Assembly (NCBI GenBank): GCA_046543005.1
Contig: JBKHAG010000004.1
Span: 1 to 51,768, forward strand
Length of the DNA: 51,768 nt
Direction: 5' to 3'
Source: Candidatus Woesearchaeota archaeon
GTDB lineage: Archaea > Nanobdellota > Nanobdellia > Woesearchaeales > SKGA01
This document shows positions 27,493-36,898 of the stretch, in pieces (position 1 is the stretch's first letter; the number at the start of each line of letters is the position of its first letter). The notes below the pieces were generated by a model that had not been told where the DNA came from, made no database searches, and saw only the letters and a list, made by a program, of their open reading frames with translations. The position numbers and the translations under genes were made by a program.

Positions 27493-28527
27493 TTATATAT
27501 TATTTCGTTGTAAAAACGAAGTAAAGTTTTGATTGTTCATATGTTGTTTAAAAAAATTTTTTACTTCTTGACTAGGAGAATCACTAACCACAGGAGTGTT
27601 GTAAATTTTTCCTTGTCTGGCATTTGCCGTTGAAAGTATTGTTGTTGCAACATCAGCACACATATGCATTACTTGCGCGTACATTTCGTAAGGGCTATGA
27701 TTAATTGAAGCTGTTTGTGGATGAATGTTTTGTAATCGGGAAGGTTGTAAAAGTAGTCGCCAAGATTTAAGTAAATCATTTTGTTGAGAAGATGTTAGTT
27801 GTAAAATATAGGGTTTAAGTTGTGAAAGTTCTTCAATAACATGTTTTTGCAAAGGATGTAAAGTAACTGATTTTTTGTTTGGATGCAAATTGCAAATGTC
27901 TGAATCGTTTTGAGAAACGAGCTGCCAAAGAAAAACAAATGATTTTTTTAATGAAGAATCTTTTGAAAAAAGTTCTTTAAAAGCTGGTTTTAAAAATTCT
28001 TGAGACGCATTCTCTATAGGCACAATAAAACAAGAATCAAGATGTTTATGTGAAGGAACAAGGCAATTAAATTTTTTTTGAATAAAACGTTTTTGCCAAG
28101 AACTAAGATGTTCTTGGGAAAACAAAACTTTAGGTTTTTTAGCATATTGTTGCACGCAAGAATGCATGTGCCAATCTAATTGTTGTTGCAATTCCTCATC
28201 GTCCATAATATGAAGTGACGTGTTATAAAAAGGAACTAAAGCAAGTTCTACAGGAGCGTGAGCTATAAAATGAGCTAATTTTTGATTCGTTAAAGGATAA
28301 TGTTTATGCAATATTTCAATTACAAAGCCAGGAATAACTAATGTTACAGGAACAGATATATTTTTAAAAAAGGTAGGTAAAGATTCTATTCGATTCAATA
28401 ATGTTTTTGAAAAATGATATGATAAAGCACCCGTATCAAGGTGTTGTTTATTTTCCCCAACATGAAATGCGTGAAAATCACTAAGAGGAACATCAGGAAG
28501 ACAAGTTATAAGTAAAGACTTATTCAC
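27493..28527 (-). CDS. Degenerate GH57 alpha-amylase-like protein
   Basis: VELALVPFYNTSL, KPKVLFSQE, WRLL, SPYEMY..MH..ADV resemble GH57 blocks; HQP and DYETFG motifs absent. Confidence 0.6.
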   Translation of the reverse strand: MNKSLLITCLPDVPLSDFHAFHVGENKQHLDTGALSYHFSKTLLNRIESLPTFFKNISVPVTLVIPGFVIEILHKHYPLTNQKLAHFIAHAPVELALVPFYNTSLHIMDDEELQQQLDWHMHSCVQQYAKKPKVLFSQEHLSSWQKRFIQKKFNCLVPSHKHLDSCFIVPIENASQEFLKPAFKELFSKDSSLKKSFVFLWQLVSQNDSDICNLHPNKKSVTLHPLQKHVIEELSQLKPYILQLTSSQQNDLLKSWRLLLQPSRLQNIHPQTASINHSPYEMYAQVMHMCADVATTILSTANARQGKIYNTPVVSDSPSQEVKNFFKQHMNNQNFTSFLQRNNI

Positions 28528-29911
28528 TTACTTCACCTCTTTGATGTGCTACAGAAGTCGCTGATTTGAGAGGGATGTTTTTTGAGGTTTTCTTAGAAAG
28601 CTTTTCATAAATACTAACACATTCTTTAGCAGGGGTATTCCAATCCATCGCTTTTGCTTCTTTGTAACCTTCACGAGTTAAAGCTTTGTGAAGTAAGGGA
28701 TATGTTAATAAGCCAACTACGTGAGAAGCCATTTTATCAACATCCCAAAAATCAACTTTAAAGCAGTGTCGTATGGCTTCAGAAACCCCGCTTTGTTTAC
28801 TTACAATAACGGGAGTATTTTTTTGCATTGCTTCAAGCGGTGTCACTCCAAATGGTTCCATAAGTGAAGGTAAAACAAAAACATCACTAAGATCATAAAG
28901 AAGTTCTGCTTCTTCTCGAGTGTAAAATCCGTGAAAATAAAATTTTTCAGCAATTCCCATATCGTTTGTTTTAGAAATACATTCTTGAAGTTTATCTCCA
29001 GTTCCTGCTACAATAAATTTTGTTTTAGGACATTTTTCTAATACTTTTTTTGCCATTTCCACAAAATGTTGAGGGCCTTTCATCGCAGTAATTCGACCCA
29101 TAAAAGAAACTATTTTACTACCGTCTGCAGTGAGTTGATGTACACGTTTTTGCACAGGCGCCATATTTACGCCACCATTATGGACAACTTCTATTTTTTC
29201 TCCATTAACGCCATATTGGTCTATAAGCGTTTGTTTTATTGCATTACTCACAGCAATAATTTTATCAGCTTGCATAAACCCTTCTCGTTCTACTTCATAA
29301 ATATCCTTATGAATGCCGTGTCCAGGATTTTTATTAAATTCAGTAATATGCACGTGAACTATGAGTGGTTTGCGAAGTATTTTTTTTGCTTGTATTGCTG
29401 CAGGAATAGTAGTCCAGTCATGAGCATGAATAACAGAATACGAACTAGCACGTTTTTTAGAAATTTTTTGTAAAGAAAGCCGGGTTTCTAAAACTTTTTT
29501 TGTTCGTTGAGCAAATAATTTAACTTCATCAAGCAAATTCTCACCATATAATGAATTAGTCGAACCAGAAGTGTTTGCACCAGTTCCAAAAAAGCGTTCT
29601 TTTTGTTGCATTGCTTGTAAAAGTTCTTTTGTCTTTTGATAAGATTCTTTGGTTTGGTATGCTTGTAAAAAACTAGTCACACCTAACTTTCGTATACGAG
29701 GAGAAACTCGTTGAATACTAACCCGTGGTTCAAGTTTACTTGCATCAAGAAGGTGAACAATGTGTTGAGAAAGTTTAAGAGGCATTCGAGGCATGAGATA
29801 ATCTATATTTATTCCCTGAGAAGCAAGTTCTTTGGTAAGTTCATAACAAACCATACCTACACCGCCAGCAAAATATGGTGGAAACTCCCACCCTAACATT
29901 AATACCTTCAC
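28520..29911 (-). CDS. GT4 glycosyltransferase (glycogen-associated)
   Basis: MLGWEFPPYFAGGVG, HAHDW, GRITAMKGP, PSLMEPFGVTPLEAM. Confidence 0.92.
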   Translation of the reverse strand: MKVLMLGWEFPPYFAGGVGMVCYELTKELASQGINIDYLMPRMPLKLSQHIVHLLDASKLEPRVSIQRVSPRIRKLGVTSFLQAYQTKESYQKTKELLQAMQQKERFFGTGANTSGSTNSLYGENLLDEVKLFAQRTKKVLETRLSLQKISKKRASSYSVIHAHDWTTIPAAIQAKKILRKPLIVHVHITEFNKNPGHGIHKDIYEVEREGFMQADKIIAVSNAIKQTLIDQYGVNGEKIEVVHNGGVNMAPVQKRVHQLTADGSKIVSFMGRITAMKGPQHFVEMAKKVLEKCPKTKFIVAGTGDKLQECISKTNDMGIAEKFYFHGFYTREEAELLYDLSDVFVLPSLMEPFGVTPLEAMQKNTPVIVSKQSGVSEAIRHCFKVDFWDVDKMASHVVGLLTYPLLHKALTREGYKEAKAMDWNTPAKECVSIYEKLSKKTSKNIPLKSATSVAHQRGEVSE

Positions 29912-30147
29912 ACGTCACAACCCCTTTTTAAAAGTTTCAACAAAACTCAATATTTTAGTATTTAAAAACTTTCTGTTTATTTATATTATAAATAAAAAGA
30001 AAATAAACAAAAAAGAAACTAAAAAGGGCAATAGAAGCTCTAAAAACAATTTATTAATTAATTACATAAGTTAATTTTTTAAATTTATTAACTAAAAACA
30101 TAATAAATAGAAATGTTTATATATCAAAACAACCACCAATAAGATAT

Positions 30148-30801
30148 ATGATTACACCACGTCAAGAAGAAATTTTATCTGCAATAAGTAAAGGGATTCA
30201 AACGCCTACTGCGCTTGGCAAACATACCTCTTGTAGCTTGCCATATATTACCATACAACTACAACTTTTACAAGCAAAAGAACTTATTTCTAAAGAAGCT
30301 CAAAAAAAGAAACAACAAGTAGGGCGTCCACAGCAAAAATATAGTATAATACAACCAATAACTAGTATACAAACAATTCATAACGCAAACGTTTCAACAA
30401 CAGTAATAAAAGAAAAAAATGAAGAACTTTTTAACACATTCATACAACTCAGCGTTCAAGTTCCATCTAGATTTCGCAATAGTTTTGCAGAATATTTTTG
30501 GACAAGACCTGAATCATTTGCGCGGTGTCAAGCAATAGGAATAATAAGTAGTAAAGAAGATGAAATAGAGCTTATTGCAATTACTCAGCCTCAATATCTT
30601 GAAATATTACGAGAAAAAATCAGTCATGTTCATATCACCCACGACAAAAAGCAAATTCATTTTGCGTGTTGGGTGCATTCCAAAAAAGAGTGTGAGACAG
30701 GAATAGAAAAACAAGACGATTATTATCTAACAATGTTAAAAAAAACCAAGCGATTAGTTGATGCTGATCTTATTTTAAAAAAATTACGAGAAAAAATTTG
30801 A
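30148..30801 (+). CDS. Winged-HTH regulator with probable degenerate NTase-like C-domain
   Basis: TPRQEEIL...TPTALGK..SLPYI..QL..L...GRPQQKY; EIELIAIT strand; divergent from the glycogen cluster. Confidence 0.65.
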   Translation: MITPRQEEILSAISKGIQTPTALGKHTSCSLPYITIQLQLLQAKELISKEAQKKKQQVGRPQQKYSIIQPITSIQTIHNANVSTTVIKEKNEELFNTFIQLSVQVPSRFRNSFAEYFWTRPESFARCQAIGIISSKEDEIELIAITQPQYLEILREKISHVHITHDKKQIHFACWVHSKKECETGIEKQDDYYLTMLKKTKRLVDADLILKKLREKI

Positions 30802-30841
30802 AACTACTTCAAATATATGTATCGTACACGAGGTATACAAC

Positions 30842-31117
30842 ATGAATGTCTTAGCACAACTTATTAAAGAATTAGAATATGATGATCTTCTTCTTTTAAA
30901 AAAAGATGTTGACAAAGGAACCATAAAAAAGATTCTTAATAAACAAATTAAACAAAAACAAAAAGAAAAACAAAAAATATGTCCTGTGTGTGAAGGGGCT
31001 ATTTGCAAGGGTTGCGGATTTCATTTAGAATTTGGAAGTGCTGATTTTCGACAAGAAGCAACATTTGACGGTATTGATTGTTTAAACTATTTTATTAAAA
31101 ACACATTAAAAAAATAA
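30842..31117 (+). CDS. Small Cys-rich (putative Zn-binding) protein
   Basis: CPVC...CKGC...FDGIDCL; GAGGT RBS. Confidence 0.7.
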   Translation: MNVLAQLIKELEYDDLLLLKKDVDKGTIKKILNKQIKQKQKEKQKICPVCEGAICKGCGFHLEFGSADFRQEATFDGIDCLNYFIKNTLKK

Positions 31118-31252
31118 GCAATCAACCACCCACCAACAAACAGAATAATTCATAATCTTTTATCAGCTAATCAGACATAAATTTTTCATAATAATAACTA
31201 CAATAATAATGGCCTTATTTTTGCATAAAAAAATATATACTATACAATCTAT

Positions 31253-33463
31253 TCATATACCATGAAGAATGTGTAGGATATCTTCTCCAAACTCAGTAAT
31301 TTTTGCACGTCCTAAACCAGTGACGTGAAGAAGTTCTTCAACTTCTAAAGGTTGCATAGCAAGCAACGATTCTAAAGCTTTATCTGTAAAAACCATATAG
31401 GGAGGAATTCCTCTATCTTGAGCTTCTAAATATCGCCACCGGCGAAGTGATTCTCGTTGTTGCTCAATATAGGCAACATCGACTTTATCTTTAGAAACGG
31501 TTTTTTGAGTTTCAAACACATCCGTTGCTTTTGCTTGAACACTAGGCGTTAAAAAATAAGAAGGTCCGCCAACATATGAGATAAAAAGTTCTTTTTTCGC
31601 ACGAGTGCAAGCCACGTAAAGCAATCGTCGTTCTTCTTCAACAACATTATAATTTGGTTTTCCTGCAAGCATGTCCACATAGGTATGATCTTTTGATTTA
31701 CAAGGATAATGTTTAAAATCAGCACCGACAACAAAAACAAATTCTGCTTCTAAACCTTTAATAGCGTGAACTGTTGAAAGCGTTATTTGATCATCATGAG
31801 CGGAAATGTTTTGTTTGGTTTGTTCGTCAGTTCGCAATAAAAAAGAAATATTTCTTTGAATACATAAATCTTCAAAACGTTGTAATTGCTTATTGGTACG
31901 CGCAAGAACAAAAATGTCTTTTCGAGGACAAGCAAGACCTCCAATAATATCAATAATAGCAAGTGCTTCTTCATCTTCAGATTTGTGTTTCATCATTACC
32001 ACGCGACCTTCACGAGTATCTTTAGCGACAAGTCGTTTGTAAGGATGCGCCTTTCGTTTCGCTTGAGCAATAATTTCATTTGCAAATTCTACAACGGGCT
32101 TTGTTGATCGAAAATTATTTGTAAGTTCAACCACTTGAGTATCATTAGTAATGGAACTAAAAATCATATCAGGATCAGAGCCTCTCCAAGCATAAATGCT
32201 TTGACGAGGATCTCCTACCATAAAAACATTTTTAGGAGCTAAAAGATTGACAAGTTGTACTTGCAGGGGATTTACATCTTGAAATTCATCAATTAATAAC
32301 CACTCAAAGTCGGGTTTGCAAGTTGGGTTTGTAGTGTATAAGCGAACACAATCTAAAATTTGATCTGCAAACGTTCGCAAATGTTGTTGGCGAAGTTTTG
32401 TTAAAACCATTTTTGTTAAACGCACCAATGTTTTTGCTGTTATTCGTTGAGAAAGAGGCGCTAAATCTAACCTTTTTTCAAAATAAGACTCGTCATCAGC
32501 GTGAAAAACTGCTGCTTGCATTATTGTTTTAAAATCGTATAAAAAAGAAAATAATAATTGTCGTTGTTCTTTTCCTTGACGTTCTTTAGAAGTAAAATAA
32601 TGTTCTAAAAACACATCCAAGTCATAACCTAATTCTGCTAAAGAACTAATAATAAAATGATTATATTCTTTTGAAGAAACAGTTCTTGTTTTACTACCAT
32701 ACCACGAATTACCGTGTTTGATAAGTTCTTTTTCACTAAACGAATTAAATGTCTCAATGCGAATATTAGTGTTTGGCAATAAAACCGCAAGACGTTTTTT
32801 CATTTCTTGTTTTGCTTTTCTTGTAAACGTTATAGCCAAAATTTTTTCTGGTAAGACACCACAATACTTAATCAAATAAACAATTTTATACGTAAGCACA
32901 CGCGTTTTTCCACTACCCGCACCTGCAATACATAATTGTCGAGAATGATTGGATACTACGGCTTTTTTTTGTTCGTTAGTAAACCCTTCAAAAAAATCTT
33001 GTAAATTACAACAAAGCTCTTCTTCTTTTTCATTTAATGAAGCGCTAGTATATGTTAAATCAACACAATCTTCTTTTTTTCCAGCTGTATATTCTTTATA
33101 AATTTCATCAATTTTACAAGACGTTTTCACACTACGTAATTCTTCCAAAGCTTGTTTAGCTAAAACTAAAACTAAAAATTTTCCTTGTTTTTTTTCAACG
33201 TGTAAAAAATTTTTTTCTAATAAGTAATCAATAAAAACAAGTAATTCATGACTAGAATAACCCCCTAAAACACCAAATTGACTGTGTTTATGAAGTTGTA
33301 ATCTTTTTATTTGAGATGTTTTTTCACCACGTAAAGAAGCTACTAGTAATTTTTTCCCAACAGGAAAGGAAAGTTCTGCAATTAGTCGAAATACAGGTAA
33401 ATGATCTTTACTAATATTGATGTCTTGAGAGGAGTTTGATGAAGAAGAGCTAAGGAAAGTCAT
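31253..33463 (-). CDS. UvrD/PcrA-type SF1 helicase with N-terminal RQC and C-terminal HRDC domains
   Basis: AGAGSGKT, IDEFQD, GDPRQSIYAWRG, NFRST, TVHAIKGLE, EERRLLYVACTRAK; RQC-like GKKLLVASLRG...FGVL; HRDC LRRWR...IPPYMVFTDKAL...GLG. Confidence 0.9.
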   Translation of the reverse strand: MTFLSSSSSNSSQDINISKDHLPVFRLIAELSFPVGKKLLVASLRGEKTSQIKRLQLHKHSQFGVLGGYSSHELLVFIDYLLEKNFLHVEKKQGKFLVLVLAKQALEELRSVKTSCKIDEIYKEYTAGKKEDCVDLTYTSASLNEKEEELCCNLQDFFEGFTNEQKKAVVSNHSRQLCIAGAGSGKTRVLTYKIVYLIKYCGVLPEKILAITFTRKAKQEMKKRLAVLLPNTNIRIETFNSFSEKELIKHGNSWYGSKTRTVSSKEYNHFIISSLAELGYDLDVFLEHYFTSKERQGKEQRQLLFSFLYDFKTIMQAAVFHADDESYFEKRLDLAPLSQRITAKTLVRLTKMVLTKLRQQHLRTFADQILDCVRLYTTNPTCKPDFEWLLIDEFQDVNPLQVQLVNLLAPKNVFMVGDPRQSIYAWRGSDPDMIFSSITNDTQVVELTNNFRSTKPVVEFANEIIAQAKRKAHPYKRLVAKDTREGRVVMMKHKSEDEEALAIIDIIGGLACPRKDIFVLARTNKQLQRFEDLCIQRNISFLLRTDEQTKQNISAHDDQITLSTVHAIKGLEAEFVFVVGADFKHYPCKSKDHTYVDMLAGKPNYNVVEEERRLLYVACTRAKKELFISYVGGPSYFLTPSVQAKATDVFETQKTVSKDKVDVAYIEQQRESLRRWRYLEAQDRGIPPYMVFTDKALESLLAMQPLEVEELLHVTGLGRAKITEFGEDILHILHGI

Positions 33464-33472
33464 AAAATGCAC

Positions 33473-34417
33473 CTAATTATTTTTTGCTACTTCAAAACGA
33501 AGAGCAATTGTTGAAGCGCTAAAATCTGCAATTTGTAAAATAATTATATGTAAATAATGTAGCAGAATTCTTTGATGTGATGAACTAAAAAAATCATCTG
33601 ATTGCACAAGCAAATTGGTTATTTTTTGTTCTAAAATTTTTTTTTCTTGATTTATACTAACGAGTTTTTCAAAAGAAAAAGAGTAAAAAAGAGAATTTAA
33701 TTTTTTTGCAAGAGCAACAACACCTGCAAGTAAATCCATAACAGAATCATCTAAAGAAATAAGAGCATGTAAAAAGTAATGGGCAATATATTTATAGGAA
33801 TCTACAACTTTTTCAAGGTTCCAAGCAACAACATACCAAAAATGACCTTTATCTTTTTGCTGTAAAGATTTATTTAAGAGGCGTTGGCAAAGATTTGTTA
33901 GTTTGTTATTTTCTTGCTCAGCAACAAGTATTTTTTTTAAAAAAGAAGAATCTTGCGTTTCAAAAGAAGTATATAAATCAAGGTTTAATTGTTCAAATTG
34001 CCTAAATGCTTGACGTAAAGCAATATCAAACTGTTTTTCATCAATTGCAGCGACTTGACCTATTATAATACGTAAAGAAGATCGTTCTTTAACCATGAAA
34101 CCAACGAATAAATGTTCTACTAAATCGGCAAGAATTTTTTCTTGATACGCATCATAATAAACTATCTCTATTTCATCAAAACCTTGTTTATGTAAAGAAG
34201 AGATTTGCCAACGTAACACTCGTTCTGAAATATTTCTAACATCTACACTTACCGTTTTTATATATCGTTGTAGAAGAGGTGGCTGGACAAGTAATGAAGA
34301 ATTAGTGACTAAAACATCAAGCTCATCTCCTTTTTCTAATTGACAAGCATTAACCCATGATGTTGGAAGAGAAACAACCAAGGTTTTTTCTGCAAGTTTT
34401 ATTATTTTTCGTTTCAT
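33473..34417 (-). CDS. AbrB-PhoU phosphate uptake regulator family protein
   Basis: MKRKIIKLAEKTLVVSLPTSWV...LEKGDEL AbrB domain; RLLNK, NLEKVVDSY PhoU-like helices. Confidence 0.85.
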   Translation of the reverse strand: MKRKIIKLAEKTLVVSLPTSWVNACQLEKGDELDVLVTNSSLLVQPPLLQRYIKTVSVDVRNISERVLRWQISSLHKQGFDEIEIVYYDAYQEKILADLVEHLFVGFMVKERSSLRIIIGQVAAIDEKQFDIALRQAFRQFEQLNLDLYTSFETQDSSFLKKILVAEQENNKLTNLCQRLLNKSLQQKDKGHFWYVVAWNLEKVVDSYKYIAHYFLHALISLDDSVMDLLAGVVALAKKLNSLFYSFSFEKLVSINQEKKILEQKITNLLVQSDDFFSSSHQRILLHYLHIIILQIADFSASTIALRFEVAKNN

Positions 34418-34483
34418 ACTATACCCTGTACTATATCTTATGCTATACTTATACCACACATTATAATTTAACGTAATACTTAG

Positions 34484-35719
34484 CTATTCTTTTAGTTTTT
34501 TAAATTTATGTTTTTGTTTATTTTTTTCTTTTATCGACCAAGATTTTTTACCCATGGTTAAAAAGAAATTTTCTAATTGTTGAGCGGTTTTGTCCCAATT
34601 GAATTTTTTACAAACCAATTCCCTTGCTTGCACACCCATTTTTTTTGAATGCAAAGGATGAGAAATAACATCTAATATTTGTTGAGCTAATTTGTAAGAA
34701 TTTCCCGCAGGAAAAAAATAACCTGTTTTATGAGGAGTAATATAATCCTTTATATAACCTACAGGAGTTGAAATAACAACGAGTTCGCAAGCCATCGCTT
34801 CAAGTGTAGAAAGCGAAGTTGTTTCAGTAAGCGAAGGTAGGCAGAAAATATCGCAAAGCGGTAAATAATCTTGAACTCGAGAAGTTGTTGGAATGTAAAT
34901 AATATCTTTTTTTCCTTGAAGTTGAGAAACAATTTGAGGAAGACCGCCTCCAATAATTACTAGTTTTGCACCATAAAATTTTTTTCTTACTTGTGCAAAA
35001 GCTCTTAAAAGAGTAGGTATATCTTTTTCTCTAGCTAAGCGCCCATGATAACAAATCGCGACATCTTCTAAATCAAGACCTATTCGTGCTCGTTGTTCAT
35101 TTCGTTTTTTTTGATCATGAAGAGGCGAAAATTTTTTGACATCAACACCTAAGTGTACAATAGTTCGAGGAGTATTAATACGTTTATAGAGTAAAATTTC
35201 AGAAACAGATTCTGAAGGAACTAGTAAATGAGTTGTACGAGAATATAAAAATCGAACCAAAAAAGAGGATGTAAAATAAACTATTCTTTTCAAAAAAGAT
35301 CCTTGTAATGCTTTTGAAGCAAGTTCCCATTCTAAACTATGAATATAAGAAACTGTTTTTTTTCTTTTTTGTTGTGCTAAAAATAAAGATAAACCGCCAA
35401 TAGGACCTATGGTTTGTGAAAAAACAATATCTGCGTTATGTATTGCTTTTTTTATGAGTCGGGGTTTTGCTTTTGAAAAAATAAAATCCCCTGCCTTTTT
35501 TTTAGAAACAGGAATTCTTACAAAAGAAACTCCTGCCAACACATGTTTTTGTTCGTTATCTGGGCAAATAACAGTAATATCAAAATGAGGTTGCAGTCGA
35601 GGAATTATCTCTTCTAAAAAACTAACGATTCCGTCTTTGCGAGGCAAAAAATTATCTGTTGCAATAACTAAGCGGATTTTATCTTGAGAATTATTTAAAA
35701 ATTGCTTATTTTTAACCAT
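34484..35719 (-). CDS. GT4 glycosyltransferase
   Basis: TDNFLPRKDGI, GRLAREKD, PSLTETTSLSTLEAMA. Confidence 0.88.
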   Translation of the reverse strand: MVKNKQFLNNSQDKIRLVIATDNFLPRKDGIVSFLEEIIPRLQPHFDITVICPDNEQKHVLAGVSFVRIPVSKKKAGDFIFSKAKPRLIKKAIHNADIVFSQTIGPIGGLSLFLAQQKRKKTVSYIHSLEWELASKALQGSFLKRIVYFTSSFLVRFLYSRTTHLLVPSESVSEILLYKRINTPRTIVHLGVDVKKFSPLHDQKKRNEQRARIGLDLEDVAICYHGRLAREKDIPTLLRAFAQVRKKFYGAKLVIIGGGLPQIVSQLQGKKDIIYIPTTSRVQDYLPLCDIFCLPSLTETTSLSTLEAMACELVVISTPVGYIKDYITPHKTGYFFPAGNSYKLAQQILDVISHPLHSKKMGVQARELVCKKFNWDKTAQQLENFFLTMGKKSWSIKEKNKQKHKFKKLKE

Positions 35720-35723
35720 GCTC

Positions 35724-36380
35724 TTATCGTTCTTTTATGAACTCCTCCGCAAAGCGCACGCCATTTTTTAATCCTGCAAATAATGCTTTAAAATAAATAA
35801 TGATACCAAGCCAAGAAAGAGTTAATTTTTGAGATTTAAATACTTTTATTGCTTGACGCTTTTTTGAAAACGACCGAGAAATATTGACCACTAATTTTAA
35901 ATGTTGTTTAGATTTAAAACTAAAACCGTATAATCCAAAAGAATAAACTGCGCAAGAAAAAAGTCCTTTAGCATATAATTCATCATATGCTTGCAATACC
36001 AAATTATTTACTGCGACATGATCTGGATGACTTTCAGAAGATGAATGAGTAAATATTTTTGCAGGTTGAAGATGTAAAAATATATCTTGAAGTTTCAAAA
36101 CAACAGAATGTTCTTTTGCTTGAGTGCGAAATTTACCTTCATCAAGACCAAAAAAGGTTACACCTTTTCCCCCAATTACCTTATCAGCTTCTCGAGCTTC
36201 TTTTACTCTCATTGAAGCAATCACTTTTTTTTTAAGATGAGGATGAGACATTTCCCCATAAGAAAGTATAATTGTATGAACATCTTTTCCTTGCGAGGCA
36301 TATTTAGCAAGCGTTCCACCAGGACCTAATATTTGATCATCAGAGTGAGCCACAATGACTAAAATTGTTGATGAAGACAT
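35724..36380 (-). CDS. PIG-L/LmbE-family deacetylase
   Basis: AHSDDQILGPGGTL, R.KEA, HPDH, FKSQ. Confidence 0.88.
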   Translation of the reverse strand: MSSSTILVIVAHSDDQILGPGGTLAKYASQGKDVHTIILSYGEMSHPHLKKKVIASMRVKEAREADKVIGGKGVTFFGLDEGKFRTQAKEHSVVLKLQDIFLHLQPAKIFTHSSSESHPDHVAVNNLVLQAYDELYAKGLFSCAVYSFGLYGFSFKSKQHLKLVVNISRSFSKKRQAIKVFKSQKLTLSWLGIIIYFKALFAGLKNGVRFAEEFIKER

Positions 36381-36469
36381 GAAAAGTGTTAATAATTAGA
36401 CATTTATAACTATACCTATTCAACTTGTAAAAAAATAATCTGTTAAGATATGAAAGCTATGAATAAAAA

Positions 36470-36634
36470 TGGTGCACTGGCCGGGACATACGAACCAGAA
36501 CGCAAAATTTAGCACATTAGAACGCCGCTTCTTATTTTCTGATTATTCGAACCCAGATCAATGGCTCACATCACCAAACACGCGCACGTGAATGATTTGG
36601 AAGGCCACTATCCTAGCCGTTAGACTACCAGTGC
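36470..36634 (-). tRNA. tRNA-Gly(TCC) with encoded CCA and two introns (37/38, 31 nt, 36567-36597; 59/60, 59 nt, 36487-36545)
   Basis: Removing both inserts gives a 75-nt cloverleaf: GCACTGG/CCAGTGC acceptor, GTGGC-CTTCCAA-GCCAT, CTGGG-TTCGAAT-CCCGG, ACCA; both junctions fold as BHB; TATA at 36660-36667. Confidence 0.92.
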
Positions 36635-36680
36635 AAGTGATAAAAGAATTGAAGAAGGGTTTATAAATATTATTGTAAAT

Positions 36681-36850
36681 GGCTCTGTCTTGAAGGGAAT
36701 ACAAAAGTATATTGCCCGATATACTTATTGCCTTGGCTTGTGAAGACTAGTTTTGAATCAGTAATTATGTGTGCAAATTCGAAGATTTTTCTTATCTTCT
36801 TCAAAAAAATTGCAAGGCATATAAAAAACATCATCCTCTTAAGAAAATGC
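36681..36850. mobile_element. MITE copy D (degenerate, reverse orientation)
   Basis: Begins GGCTCTGTCTTGAAGGG; reverse complement aligns along copy A and its end matches the right end of copy C; far boundary approximate. Confidence 0.7.
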
Positions 36851-36898
36851 TCGTATACTACTGGCATATACCTCAAGCAAAAACGATAATTACCTGCA

